Sequence record: KJ019152.1
DNA: 64,000 nt
Strand: one strand, 5' to 3'
Part shown: positions 27,127 through 35,940 of the stretch, piece after piece
Position numbering within the stretch: position 1 is the first letter of the stretch
Layout of the letters: every line of letters starts with the position of its first letter
The notes under the pieces: model-generated
Told to the model about the DNA's origin: nothing
Databases searched by the model: none
Seen by the model: the letters and a program-made list of their open reading frames with translations, nothing else
Translations under genes and position numbers: made by a program

Positions 27127-29937
27127 ATGGGTAATCTACACAAATGGTTTTCAGGTTCCAAGTCCAAAGACGGCAAGTCTGGATGGGTGAATGTAAAGAC
27201 TGGTGGTACCTGTGCAAGTGATGAACCCGGAGAGGGCACACCCAAGTGTGTGTCTTCATCTAAAAGAGCTAGTATGACCAAATCCGAAAGGGAGTCTGCT
27301 TCTCGTAGAAAGAAAGCTGCTGACCCTGGACAACAACAAAAGTCAGGTGCTGCTAAACCAACTTACGTATCTACCGACAAGCCTAAGAAGATGAAAAAAG
27401 AACATTTTTCTAATTGGAGGGATGATACACCAGAACCAATGGTCAATGAACTCTTTGGAATGGGTAAGAAGAAGGAAAAGAAAAACAACGGTTCTGGTGG
27501 TTCTTTCTCAGCTTCTACGGCAGAGGCGAATGCTAGATCCAGGGGGTGGAAACCTGAAAACGAAAAACCAAAACCCATGGGTGCTTTTGGTCCAGAAAAG
27601 GGAACGAGTAAATCCCCAGACCAATTCAGAAATGTGAAGAAAGCTTTGGGTATTCGTCCAAAACCAGAACCCAAAGTTACAAGTCAAACAAAACCAGAAC
27701 CCAAAGTTACAAGTCAAACAAAACCAGAACCCAAAGTTACAAGTCAAACAAAAACAGATCCTACACCCAAGTCCAATCCATATTCTGGAAAGGATAAGTT
27801 AAAACCCCAAAGTTTTAGTACTGCAGTTAAATCTGGTACTAAAATGAAAAAGAGTACTCCATCAGCCCCAGGTAAAATTGTGACTCAACAAGGTAATCAA
27901 AAAGAGCAGTTTTCTAACTGGAGAGATAACTACGTAGCCACTGAGCACGAGTTCATCGATCTCATCAAACCAGAACCTATGGTAGGTATCTCTGAAACCA
28001 AGGAAGGTCAGATGAAATCTGGTAGGGAGCAGTATAAGAAAGAGAAGGAGGAAGGTCGTTATGGTGGAACCAAACCTTCTAATGAGAGAGTCGCAAAACT
28101 CATGAAGAAGCTGAAGGAGGAGACCAAGCAAGATGGTCCCGAACCTACAAGGAAACAGACTCGTGGTGCTATGAAGAACATTCGTAGTAAAATGAATACT
28201 GCAAGTCACAAAGACCCAGATAAGAAGAAGACAAAGCAAGAACTAGCTTTCCAAAAGGCTAGAGCTAAGGCTTGGGGTATGACTGAAGGAAAGGAAGAGA
28301 AGAGAAAGGATGCAATGCCCGAGGGTGATGTTGGATATGAGATTCATAAGAAAGCAGTTGCCCAATACAACAAACAGAACCCTAGTAAGAAGGTGAAGGA
28401 GGAAGTAGAAATCTCCGAAGAGGATAAGAAAGGTTCAGGTAGTGGTAAGAAAGACGCCTGTTACAATAAGGTGAAGGCATCAGCTTCTGTATGGCCATCA
28501 GCTTATGCTTCTGGTCGTTTAGTTCAGTGTCGTAAGAAAGGTGCTGCCAACTATGGCAAATCCAAGAATGAGGAGTTTATCAGTATTGTAGCCTCCGAGT
28601 ATTTCATCAATGAAGGACTCAATGATGAGGGAGTGGCAGAACTAGTTGATTTGTTGGGACCTATTCAGTTTGGTGAATTGGTTAATGAGATTGCTGAGGG
28701 TGTAGAAGAAGATCTACTTACTGAAGCTAGAGCTGGTGGAGTTAAGATTGAACCCAAGAATAAGTCTGGTACTAGAGTTTCAGATCTATCCAAGGGAGCT
28801 AGAACTAGAGCTATTAACACACTCCGTAAAGAGAAGGCAGCTAAGAGAGCTGGTGAAGGTGAAGGTGGCAAGGGCAGTCTAAAGGACTCCCTAAAATCAC
28901 AAGCAAAGGCAGCTAAGAAACCAGAACCCAAAAAGGCTAAGAAGGAAGAACCCAAAAAGGAAGCAGCTAAACCAGCAGTTGAGAAGGCTAAAGCCACTCA
29001 ACCTAAGAAGAGAGGTTTCTTAGATTCTGTAGCCCGTCAAGTTAATAAGGGTATGGATCGTCATAGAAAGGCAATGGAACTAGCCCGTGAAACTGGTAAG
29101 GTAGCTAAGAAGGCAGCCAATATTGGTGGTCAAGTTGCTAAAGGTGCAGTTCAAGGTGTTAAGGACACCGCCAAGACAACCAAAAACGTAGCTGATAAAC
29201 TAAAAGAAGAATACGTATTGGTTGTATCTGAAGAGTGGAAGCCTGATCCCACTGAGAAACGTGAAAAGAAAGCTGCTAAGCTAGGTAGGGATGAAGAGAT
29301 CGAGAAAGGCAAGTCCAAGAAATATGGACGCGATGAATCCAAGATTGACAAACTCTACAAGCGTCGTATGGCTGTTCAGTTCAAAAAGAAAATGAGTGAG
29401 GAAAGACTAGACGAACTCAAGTGTTGGAAAGGTTACAAGCGTAAGAAGGGTTCTACACCTGGAGCTCCTGGTTCCTGTGTGAAAGAAGGTTTCTCCAGTT
29501 GGAGAGACGACCTTGACCTTATGGAAGGTGTTGCAGCTTGGCAACGTAAGTTTGTTTCTGAAGAATCCAAAAGAGAACTTCAGATTCGTGCTTCGAAGGG
29601 TGACAAGGCAGCCATGAAGAAACTTCATCAACTTCGTGCCGATGGTAAGATTGGTAAAGAACCTGGTTTTGAACCTAAGAGAGATCTTCCTGAAGGTGCA
29701 GCATGGACACGTAAAGAGGGAAAGAATAAAGCCGGGGGGCTTAACGAGAAGGGACGTAAGTCTTACGAACGAGAGAACCCCGGCAGTGACCTCAAAGCAC
29801 CACAACCTGAGGGTGGTAGTCGCAAGAAGTCGTTTTGCGCACGTATGAGCGGAATGAAGAAGAAACTAACCTCTTCTAAGACTGCTAACGATCCCGATTC
29901 AAGAATCAATAAGTCACTAAGAAAATGGAACTGCTGA
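27127..29937 (+). CDS. Lys-rich modular protein (candidate internal head polyprotein) with C-terminal DUF6321-like module
   Basis: 936-aa ORF of short basic modules separated by Glu-ending linkers; C-terminal 'AWTRKEGKN..GGLNEKGR.SY...GSDLKAP...R.KSFCARM.GMK.KLTS.KTA.DP.SRINKSLRKWNC'. Confidence 0.8.
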   Translation: MGNLHKWFSGSKSKDGKSGWVNVKTGGTCASDEPGEGTPKCVSSSKRASMTKSERESASRRKKAADPGQQQKSGAAKPTYVSTDKPKKMKKEHFSNWRDDTPEPMVNELFGMGKKKEKKNNGSGGSFSASTAEANARSRGWKPENEKPKPMGAFGPEKGTSKSPDQFRNVKKALGIRPKPEPKVTSQTKPEPKVTSQTKPEPKVTSQTKTDPTPKSNPYSGKDKLKPQSFSTAVKSGTKMKKSTPSAPGKIVTQQGNQKEQFSNWRDNYVATEHEFIDLIKPEPMVGISETKEGQMKSGREQYKKEKEEGRYGGTKPSNERVAKLMKKLKEETKQDGPEPTRKQTRGAMKNIRSKMNTASHKDPDKKKTKQELAFQKARAKAWGMTEGKEEKRKDAMPEGDVGYEIHKKAVAQYNKQNPSKKVKEEVEISEEDKKGSGSGKKDACYNKVKASASVWPSAYASGRLVQCRKKGAANYGKSKNEEFISIVASEYFINEGLNDEGVAELVDLLGPIQFGELVNEIAEGVEEDLLTEARAGGVKIEPKNKSGTRVSDLSKGARTRAINTLRKEKAAKRAGEGEGGKGSLKDSLKSQAKAAKKPEPKKAKKEEPKKEAAKPAVEKAKATQPKKRGFLDSVARQVNKGMDRHRKAMELARETGKVAKKAANIGGQVAKGAVQGVKDTAKTTKNVADKLKEEYVLVVSEEWKPDPTEKREKKAAKLGRDEEIEKGKSKKYGRDESKIDKLYKRRMAVQFKKKMSEERLDELKCWKGYKRKKGSTPGAPGSCVKEGFSSWRDDLDLMEGVAAWQRKFVSEESKRELQIRASKGDKAAMKKLHQLRADGKIGKEPGFEPKRDLPEGAAWTRKEGKNKAGGLNEKGRKSYERENPGSDLKAPQPEGGSRKKSFCARMSGMKKKLTSSKTANDPDSRINKSLRKWNC
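27661..27750 (+). repeat. Three perfect 30-bp tandem repeats encoding KPEPKVTSQT
   Basis: aaaccagaacccaaagttacaagtcaaaca x3, in frame, followed by a degenerate partial fourth copy. Confidence 0.97.
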
Positions 29938-29948
29938 GAACCGCCCTG

Positions 29949-29975
29949 TCCCACACTTGGTTTGTGGGAATTTTG
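29949..29975 (+). terminator. Probable intrinsic terminator
   Basis: TCCCACA-7nt-TGTGGGA stem then ATTTT, 11 nt after the 936-aa gene stop; the U-tract is weak. Confidence 0.5.
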
Positions 29976-30010
29976 TCATACTTACTGGTAACAATTCCCG
30001 TTATTGGAAT

Positions 30011-30019
30011 TGATATAAT
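30011..30019 (+). promoter_or_regulatory. Sigma70-like extended -10 (TGA-TATAAT)
   Basis: TGn-TATAAT 24 nt upstream of the ATG at 30044. Confidence 0.55.
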
Positions 30020-30043
30020 CCACAGACAAGAAAACAACTAACA

Positions 30044-31255
30044 ATGTCTATCCTAACTCACACTAATAATAACTACGAAAGGTACGATGAGGACAATGTT
30101 CTAGCGTCACCTCAGCCTGCATTTAGGAGTGAGAGTATGGATGCAGTTGGTTGGACTAATTTTACCTGGAAAGATTTTGATGGTGATTATGTCAAGACTC
30201 TAGTGGGTGGTGGTATAACTTCTATTAATGAGTATGTGAAGAGAGACGTAGATAATAATATAGTCACTCAACCCCAATACATCAGGCACGATATAGACAA
30301 TAACCCAGTAGGTAGTTTGAATCCACTAGAAATTGTAGGTGTTGGTAATATCACAGCACCTAACGGATTTGCTGTCGGTAGGGATATGGCTGGTCAGGTT
30401 GCTGGTTATCAGGGTGGTACTGAACCCATCACTGTTGAAGGTCAGTTACAGAAACAAGAAACCCCTGGTGGTGCTTGGATTGGTATTAGTCCTTGGACGG
30501 CAGTTGATACTGCAGTAAAAGAAATAGACTCTTCTTTGGTGGGAGCTAAACTTCGTATTTCTACTAGAATTCAAGATGCCATAATCGCTCCATCATATCT
30601 CACTACCAATACTCCTGCTTCGGATGTTGTTGTTGGTGAGATGACTCCCGATGTGAAAGGTACTCTTACTTCTAGTGGATCGGACCCTGCATATCCAGGA
30701 GATGTACTTACTCAGACAGAAGGCACTATAACCGGTGGTATCGCTCCATTTACTAAGTCATATCAATGGTTTAGAAGAGAAACTGGCACCACGAATGCGT
30801 ATGCATTCTTTGGTGCTCCAGATGGATTGACTTATACTATTCAGTATAGTGATATTGGTTATGATGTTAAATCAAGAACTAGGTGGCAAGATTCATATAA
30901 CTATCTTAGAACCGTCGGTACGATTCCAAACCACATTGAGGTTATAGCAGAACCACTAGAATTAGTATCAAAGGGAACTCTCGATGGAGTTGGTCAGTCA
31001 GGCACAGTCCTAACACAAACTGCAGCAGTATTCAGTGGTGGTGTTCCCCCATTCACTTATAGATATGAATGGGTTAGGAGAGTGACTGGTGAGTCTGGAT
31101 TCTTCGAGTTTGGTGCTCCAGATGGTCTTCAGTATATTATTAGGTCTTCTGATATCGGTTATGATATTAGAGGAAGAACCGAAATCTTTGACTCCCTAGG
31201 AAATTCGAAGAGTAGTAGTTCTACTATTCCTGGAGATGTTTCAGTAACATCATAA
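30044..31255 (+). CDS. Virion-type protein with tandem Ig-like domains
   Basis: Two repeats 'Y.W.RR.TG....F..FGAPDGL.Y.I..SDIGYD(V/I)..R' plus a third degenerate one ('SSLVGAKLRI'). Confidence 0.75.
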   Translation: MSILTHTNNNYERYDEDNVLASPQPAFRSESMDAVGWTNFTWKDFDGDYVKTLVGGGITSINEYVKRDVDNNIVTQPQYIRHDIDNNPVGSLNPLEIVGVGNITAPNGFAVGRDMAGQVAGYQGGTEPITVEGQLQKQETPGGAWIGISPWTAVDTAVKEIDSSLVGAKLRISTRIQDAIIAPSYLTTNTPASDVVVGEMTPDVKGTLTSSGSDPAYPGDVLTQTEGTITGGIAPFTKSYQWFRRETGTTNAYAFFGAPDGLTYTIQYSDIGYDVKSRTRWQDSYNYLRTVGTIPNHIEVIAEPLELVSKGTLDGVGQSGTVLTQTAAVFSGGVPPFTYRYEWVRRVTGESGFFEFGAPDGLQYIIRSSDIGYDIRGRTEIFDSLGNSKSSSSTIPGDVSVTS

Positions 31256-31284
31256 CCCCTACATAAGGTAGGTATAATATTATT

Positions 31285-32931
31285 ATGGCGGATACTAAGT
31301 ATCTTGGGAATCCAAACCTGAAGAAGGCGAACGTTGCTGTCAACTTCACTTTGGAACAGGTGAAGGAGTATGTTAGATGTAAAGAAGACCCAATCTTTTT
31401 TGCCAGGAACTACATTAAGATTGTGTCCCTGGACCATGGTCTTGTGCCATTTAAGTTGTATGATTTCCAGGAAGACTTAGTTAGAAGTTTCCATGAGAAG
31501 AGATTTACTATCTGTAAGATGCCTAGACAGACAGGTAAGTCTACAACCTGTGTGGCGTTTCTTCTCCACTACTTGGTATTCAATGATAATGTCAACGTCG
31601 GTATCCTAGCAAACAAAGCAGCAACTGCTAGAGAGATTCTAGGACGACTACAGATTGCATATGAAAACTTACCGTCGTGGATGCAACACGGTATTGTTTC
31701 TTGGAATAAAGGTTCAGTGGAGTTGGAGAATGGCAGTAAGATATTGGCAGCTTCTACGTCTGCAAGTGCTGTCCGAGGTATGTCTTTTAATATCATCTTC
31801 CTCGATGAATTTGCGTTCGTTCAGAACAATATTGCAGAGCAGTTCTTTGCCTCTGTTTATCCTACTATTACTTCTGGTAAATCAACGAAAGTAATCATCG
31901 TTTCCACGCCACATGGTATGAACCACTTCTACCGAATGTGGCATGATGCTGAGAGGGGTATAAATGAGTACAATCCAATTGAAGTTCACTGGTCTCAGGT
32001 ACCGGGAAGAGACTCCATATGGAAAGAACAAACTATTAAGAACACTTCTGCTGAACAGTTCAAGGTTGAGTTTGAGTGTGAATTCATTGGTTCTGTTGAT
32101 ACTTTGATTGCTCCATCTGTTCTCAGGGCGATGGAATACAGAGAACCAATTAGGAAGCAAAAGAGTTTAGATATATTCTACGAACCAGAAAAAGATAACA
32201 TCTATGTAATCACCGTAGATGTCGCCAGAGGGGTCGGAAAGGATTACTCTGCCTTTGTGGTGTTTGATGTCACAAAGTTCCCCTACAAGGTCGTGGCGAA
32301 GTATAGAGACAACGAAATCAAGCCAATGGTATTCCCCAGTATCATTGAGAGGGTGGCAAAGTCATATAATAGGGCGTGGTGTCTTATTGAGGTGAATGAT
32401 ATTGGTGACCAAGTTGCCTCTATCCTAAACTATGATTTGGAGTATCCCAACCTCATGATGTGTGCTATGAGAGGTAGGGCTGGTCAGCAACTAGGTGCGG
32501 GTTTCAGTGGGTCCAAGACTCAGTTGGGTGTGAAGATGAGTGTTGCCACCAAGAAACTAGGTTGCTCCAACCTCAAGACTCTGGTGGAGGAAACTAAACT
32601 AATCTTTGAAGACTACAATATTGTTCAGGAACTGACGACCTTTATTCAAAAGAACAACTCATTCCAAGCGGAAGAGGGGTGTAATGATGACTTGGCTATG
32701 TGCTTGGTTATCTTCTCTTGGGTAGTGGCTCAGGACTACTTCAAAGAGATGACTAACAATGATGTGAGAAAGGAGATATACAATGAAAAGGAGAACCAGA
32801 TTGAACAGGATATGTCACCATTTGGTTTCTTCTCTGACGGAACTGAAGAGGGTACCTTTGTAGATAATAGTGGGGACGTGTGGCACACTGATGAATATGG
32901 GGATATGAGCCACATGTGGGAATATATGTAG
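31285..32931 (+). CDS. gp17: Terminase large subunit gp17
   Basis: YLGNPNLK, Walker A 'MPRQTGKST', Walker B 'IIFLDEFAF', nuclease 'VDVARG', 'DDLAMCLV'. Confidence 0.98.
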   Translation: MADTKYLGNPNLKKANVAVNFTLEQVKEYVRCKEDPIFFARNYIKIVSLDHGLVPFKLYDFQEDLVRSFHEKRFTICKMPRQTGKSTTCVAFLLHYLVFNDNVNVGILANKAATAREILGRLQIAYENLPSWMQHGIVSWNKGSVELENGSKILAASTSASAVRGMSFNIIFLDEFAFVQNNIAEQFFASVYPTITSGKSTKVIIVSTPHGMNHFYRMWHDAERGINEYNPIEVHWSQVPGRDSIWKEQTIKNTSAEQFKVEFECEFIGSVDTLIAPSVLRAMEYREPIRKQKSLDIFYEPEKDNIYVITVDVARGVGKDYSAFVVFDVTKFPYKVVAKYRDNEIKPMVFPSIIERVAKSYNRAWCLIEVNDIGDQVASILNYDLEYPNLMMCAMRGRAGQQLGAGFSGSKTQLGVKMSVATKKLGCSNLKTLVEETKLIFEDYNIVQELTTFIQKNNSFQAEEGCNDDLAMCLVIFSWVVAQDYFKEMTNNDVRKEIYNEKENQIEQDMSPFGFFSDGTEEGTFVDNSGDVWHTDEYGDMSHMWEYM

Positions 32932-32949
32932 TTCTAAAATACATATTTC

Positions 32950-32957
32950 TATAAATA
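32950..32957 (+). promoter_or_regulatory. T4-type late promoter TATAAATA
   Basis: Exact consensus upstream of gp18. Confidence 0.85.
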
Positions 32958-32999
32958 TTTCTAGATTAATTTCGGACTTTCAAAAGGGAGAACCAAAAG

Positions 33000-35195
33000 A
33001 TGCCAGTAAACTTAGCATCGCCCGGAATTGTCGTAAGAGAGGTGGACCTTACCCTAGGTAATGTACAGACTTCTACGGACAAGACCGGCGCAATTGTTGC
33101 CTCTTTCGCAAGAGGACCTGTTGATAAGCCAACCCTAATCGCAAGCGAGAACGAGCTTCTCGATGTCTTCGGACAACCCTCATCTACTGATAGGCAGTAT
33201 GAAGGATGGCTATCCATTTCTTCTTATTTGTCATATGGCGGTATTATGCAGGTTGTTCGTTCTGACAACGAGAAACTCAATAATAGCTTTGTGGGCACGG
33301 CCAGCAGCATTAAAATTAAAAGCTTAGAGGATTATAACGATCTAGCTTATGATGAGAACCAGATTCCTGGTGTCACGGTAGCATCCAGAAACCCAGGATC
33401 CTGGGCAAACGGTATTAAGGTAGCGTTTATTGATGGTAAAGCTGACCAATATGTCAGTTCAGTGGGTCTTGGCACTTCAGCCACTTCTTCCATTGCTCTA
33501 GGACAGGGTGTAATTCAAACTATCAGCAAAGTTGCTGCTGGTGCGGGTACTACACAATTAGTAGAAGGAGACCTTAAGGGTATTATTACTGGAGTAAACA
33601 CCTCCACGGATCAACTAGAAGTTAAAGTCCTTTCATTCACTCCCTCAACTGGTTCAAACGCAGGTGTACAATTCGAAGTTGATTATCAACAGGGTGGTAC
33701 TTGGTCGTTTGTAACTGGACTCTTCCAGGTATATTCTAGCGTAGGTCTAGTGACCTCAGTAGTAGCCGGTGGAGCATCAGATTGGTTTGATGATCAAACT
33801 ATCTCCGTTCAAGGTGGTAGAACAACAGTTAATTGGAACTCCCTAGCCAACAGACCAACCACAACTGAGTTCGCAAGAACTAGAAACGCTCGTTTCGATG
33901 AATTCCACATTGTCATTTTTGATGACACAGGTGATGTTACTGGTAATGCCGGTACTATTCTAGAGAAGAATATTGGAATGTCCAAGGGTACAGATGCTGA
34001 GTTCTCAGCTGGTACTCCTTCTTACTGGAGAAAGTATCTAGCTAACACTTCTTCTTATCTCTTTGGTGGATCATCCCCAGTTGGTGTTGTTACAACTTCC
34101 TTTGAGCCCGATAACGGTAATGGTTTCGTTCCTGAAACTGGCGGTGAGTGGGATCAACAGACCCGTAATAAGAACTTCTATTCCTGTGGTAACCTAGCGG
34201 TAACTATGGAGGGTGGTAAGAACTACGACGGTGGAACTGATATCGATGCAATCGGTGCGTTAAGAGTAGATGTTGGTGATATCGCAGCAGGTTACGACAA
34301 CTTTGAGTCCGATGACGAGACTGATATTGATTTCCTAATTATGGGATCAGCAGCCTACAACGAACCTGAAACTCAGTCACTAGCTAACAAGATCATCTCG
34401 ATCGCAGAACTACGTAAGGACGCTATGGCGTTCATTTCACCTTACAGAGGTTCTCAGATTACTGATTCTGGATCAGGTGCTCAGGTTACTATCAACTCTA
34501 ACAAGATTACTGATAACCTAATCAGTTTCTACTCAACTGTAGCTTCTTCCAGTTACGCCGTATTGGACACTGGTTACAAGTACATGTATGATAGGTTCGC
34601 AGACAAGTTCAGATATGTTCCTATGAACGGGGACATCGCTGGATGTTGTGCAAGAACCGATCAAGTAGCTTTCCCTTGGTTCTCACCAGCAGGAACTACA
34701 AGAGGAGCAATCCTCAATGGTGTAAGACTAGCTTACAACCCAACACAACAACAGAGAGATCGCCTCTACTCCGCTAGAATCAATCCTGTCATCTTCGCTA
34801 ATGATGTTGGTGGTATTGTTCTCTTCGGTGATAAGACAGCCCTATCAGCCTCTTCCGCTTTCGATAGAATCAACGTTCGTCGTTTGTTTATCTACGTAGA
34901 AGACGCTGTTAGTTCAGCCGCCAAGGATCAACTCTTTGAATTTAACGATGAAGTTACTAGAACTAACTTCGTGAATATTGTAGAACCTTTCCTTCGTGAT
35001 GTTCAAGCGAAAAGAGGTATTACAGACTTCATTGTAGTTTGTGACGAAACCAATAACACACCTGCTGTTGTTGATAGAAACGAGTTCGTCGCTGACATCT
35101 TCATCAAACCAACCCGTTCCATTAACTTCATCGGTCTAACGTTTGTTGCTACCCGCACTGGCGTAAGTTTCGAAGAGGTTGTTGGTACTGTTTAA
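33000..35195 (+). CDS. gp18: Tail sheath protein gp18
   Basis: 'LASPGIVVREVDLT', 'PWFSPAG..RG', 'FDRINVRRLF', 'FVADIFIKPTRSINFI'. Confidence 0.98.
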   Translation: MPVNLASPGIVVREVDLTLGNVQTSTDKTGAIVASFARGPVDKPTLIASENELLDVFGQPSSTDRQYEGWLSISSYLSYGGIMQVVRSDNEKLNNSFVGTASSIKIKSLEDYNDLAYDENQIPGVTVASRNPGSWANGIKVAFIDGKADQYVSSVGLGTSATSSIALGQGVIQTISKVAAGAGTTQLVEGDLKGIITGVNTSTDQLEVKVLSFTPSTGSNAGVQFEVDYQQGGTWSFVTGLFQVYSSVGLVTSVVAGGASDWFDDQTISVQGGRTTVNWNSLANRPTTTEFARTRNARFDEFHIVIFDDTGDVTGNAGTILEKNIGMSKGTDAEFSAGTPSYWRKYLANTSSYLFGGSSPVGVVTTSFEPDNGNGFVPETGGEWDQQTRNKNFYSCGNLAVTMEGGKNYDGGTDIDAIGALRVDVGDIAAGYDNFESDDETDIDFLIMGSAAYNEPETQSLANKIISIAELRKDAMAFISPYRGSQITDSGSGAQVTINSNKITDNLISFYSTVASSSYAVLDTGYKYMYDRFADKFRYVPMNGDIAGCCARTDQVAFPWFSPAGTTRGAILNGVRLAYNPTQQQRDRLYSARINPVIFANDVGGIVLFGDKTALSASSAFDRINVRRLFIYVEDAVSSAAKDQLFEFNDEVTRTNFVNIVEPFLRDVQAKRGITDFIVVCDETNNTPAVVDRNEFVADIFIKPTRSINFIGLTFVATRTGVSFEEVVGTV

Positions 35196-35235
35196 TTCAC
35201 TTCTACCTAAACAAATTTTCAAGGAGCAACCCTAA

Positions 35236-35832
35236 ATGGCAAGCACAAGATCTCAGGTAGAGGGTCCAGTATTGAGGACGCTGAGTGACTTTAAAGCTAA
35301 AATGACTGGTGGCGGTGCCCGCCCCAATCTATTTGAAGTCGTTCTTCAGTTCCCAATCTCAGCACCTACCGATACCGATACACTACAGAAAACACGTTTC
35401 TTAGTTAAGGCAGCTGCACTTCCAGCTTCAAACATTGGTCCCATCGAAGTTCCCTTCCGTGGTCGTGTTTTGAAACTAGCAGGTGACAGAACCTTCGATA
35501 CCTGGACTATTACAGTTCTAAACGACACGGATTTCTCAATCCGTTCAGCGTTCGAGAAGTGGATGAACTCCATGAATCGTATGGAAGACGCAACTGGTAC
35601 TCAGGATCCAGCTTTCTATCAGTCAGACGCATATGTCTATCAGTTAGACAGAGATGGTTCAACTCTACGTACCTATCGTTTCCACGACGTGTTCCCCAAT
35701 AACCTATCTTCTATGGATCTCAACTATGAGACCACAGATAGCATCCACGAATTCACAGTGGAAATGCAGGTTCAGTGGTGGGAAGCAATCAGAGGAACCG
35801 GACGTAATGCCGGTGGTGAAGATATCTTCTAA
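35236..35832 (+). CDS. gp19: Tail tube protein gp19
   Basis: 'GGARPNLFEV', 'PFRGR.LKLAGDRTFDTWTITV.ND.DF.IR.AFE.W'. Confidence 0.98.
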   Translation: MASTRSQVEGPVLRTLSDFKAKMTGGGARPNLFEVVLQFPISAPTDTDTLQKTRFLVKAAALPASNIGPIEVPFRGRVLKLAGDRTFDTWTITVLNDTDFSIRSAFEKWMNSMNRMEDATGTQDPAFYQSDAYVYQLDRDGSTLRTYRFHDVFPNNLSSMDLNYETTDSIHEFTVEMQVQWWEAIRGTGRNAGGEDIF

Positions 35833-35848
35833 ACCTAGTTCAGTACAA

Positions 35849-35879
35849 GAGACCTCCTCAAAAAGGGGGTCTTTTTTTA
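35849..35879 (+). terminator. Intrinsic terminator after g19
   Basis: GACCTCCT-caaaa-AGGGGGTC stem followed by T7. Confidence 0.85.
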
Positions 35880-35883
35880 TGCG

Positions 35884-35890
35884 CTAAATA
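35884..35890 (+). promoter_or_regulatory. Late promoter variant CTAAATA
   Basis: Directly after the terminator, upstream of g20. Confidence 0.65.
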
Positions 35891-35940
35891 TATTCACGGG
35901 TCGTACCCATACATGTTATTATAGGAAGAAAATACTCGTT

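Noticed and set aside
27661-27750. Repeat as a possible CRISPR or mini-array
   Set aside because: The copies are contiguous with no spacers, are in frame within a CDS, and there are no cas genes.
27363-29954. Phe/Leu/Ser-rich antisense ORFs, including the repetitive 27508..27747
   Set aside because: They are reverse-complement artefacts of the Lys-rich gene and its 30-bp repeat.
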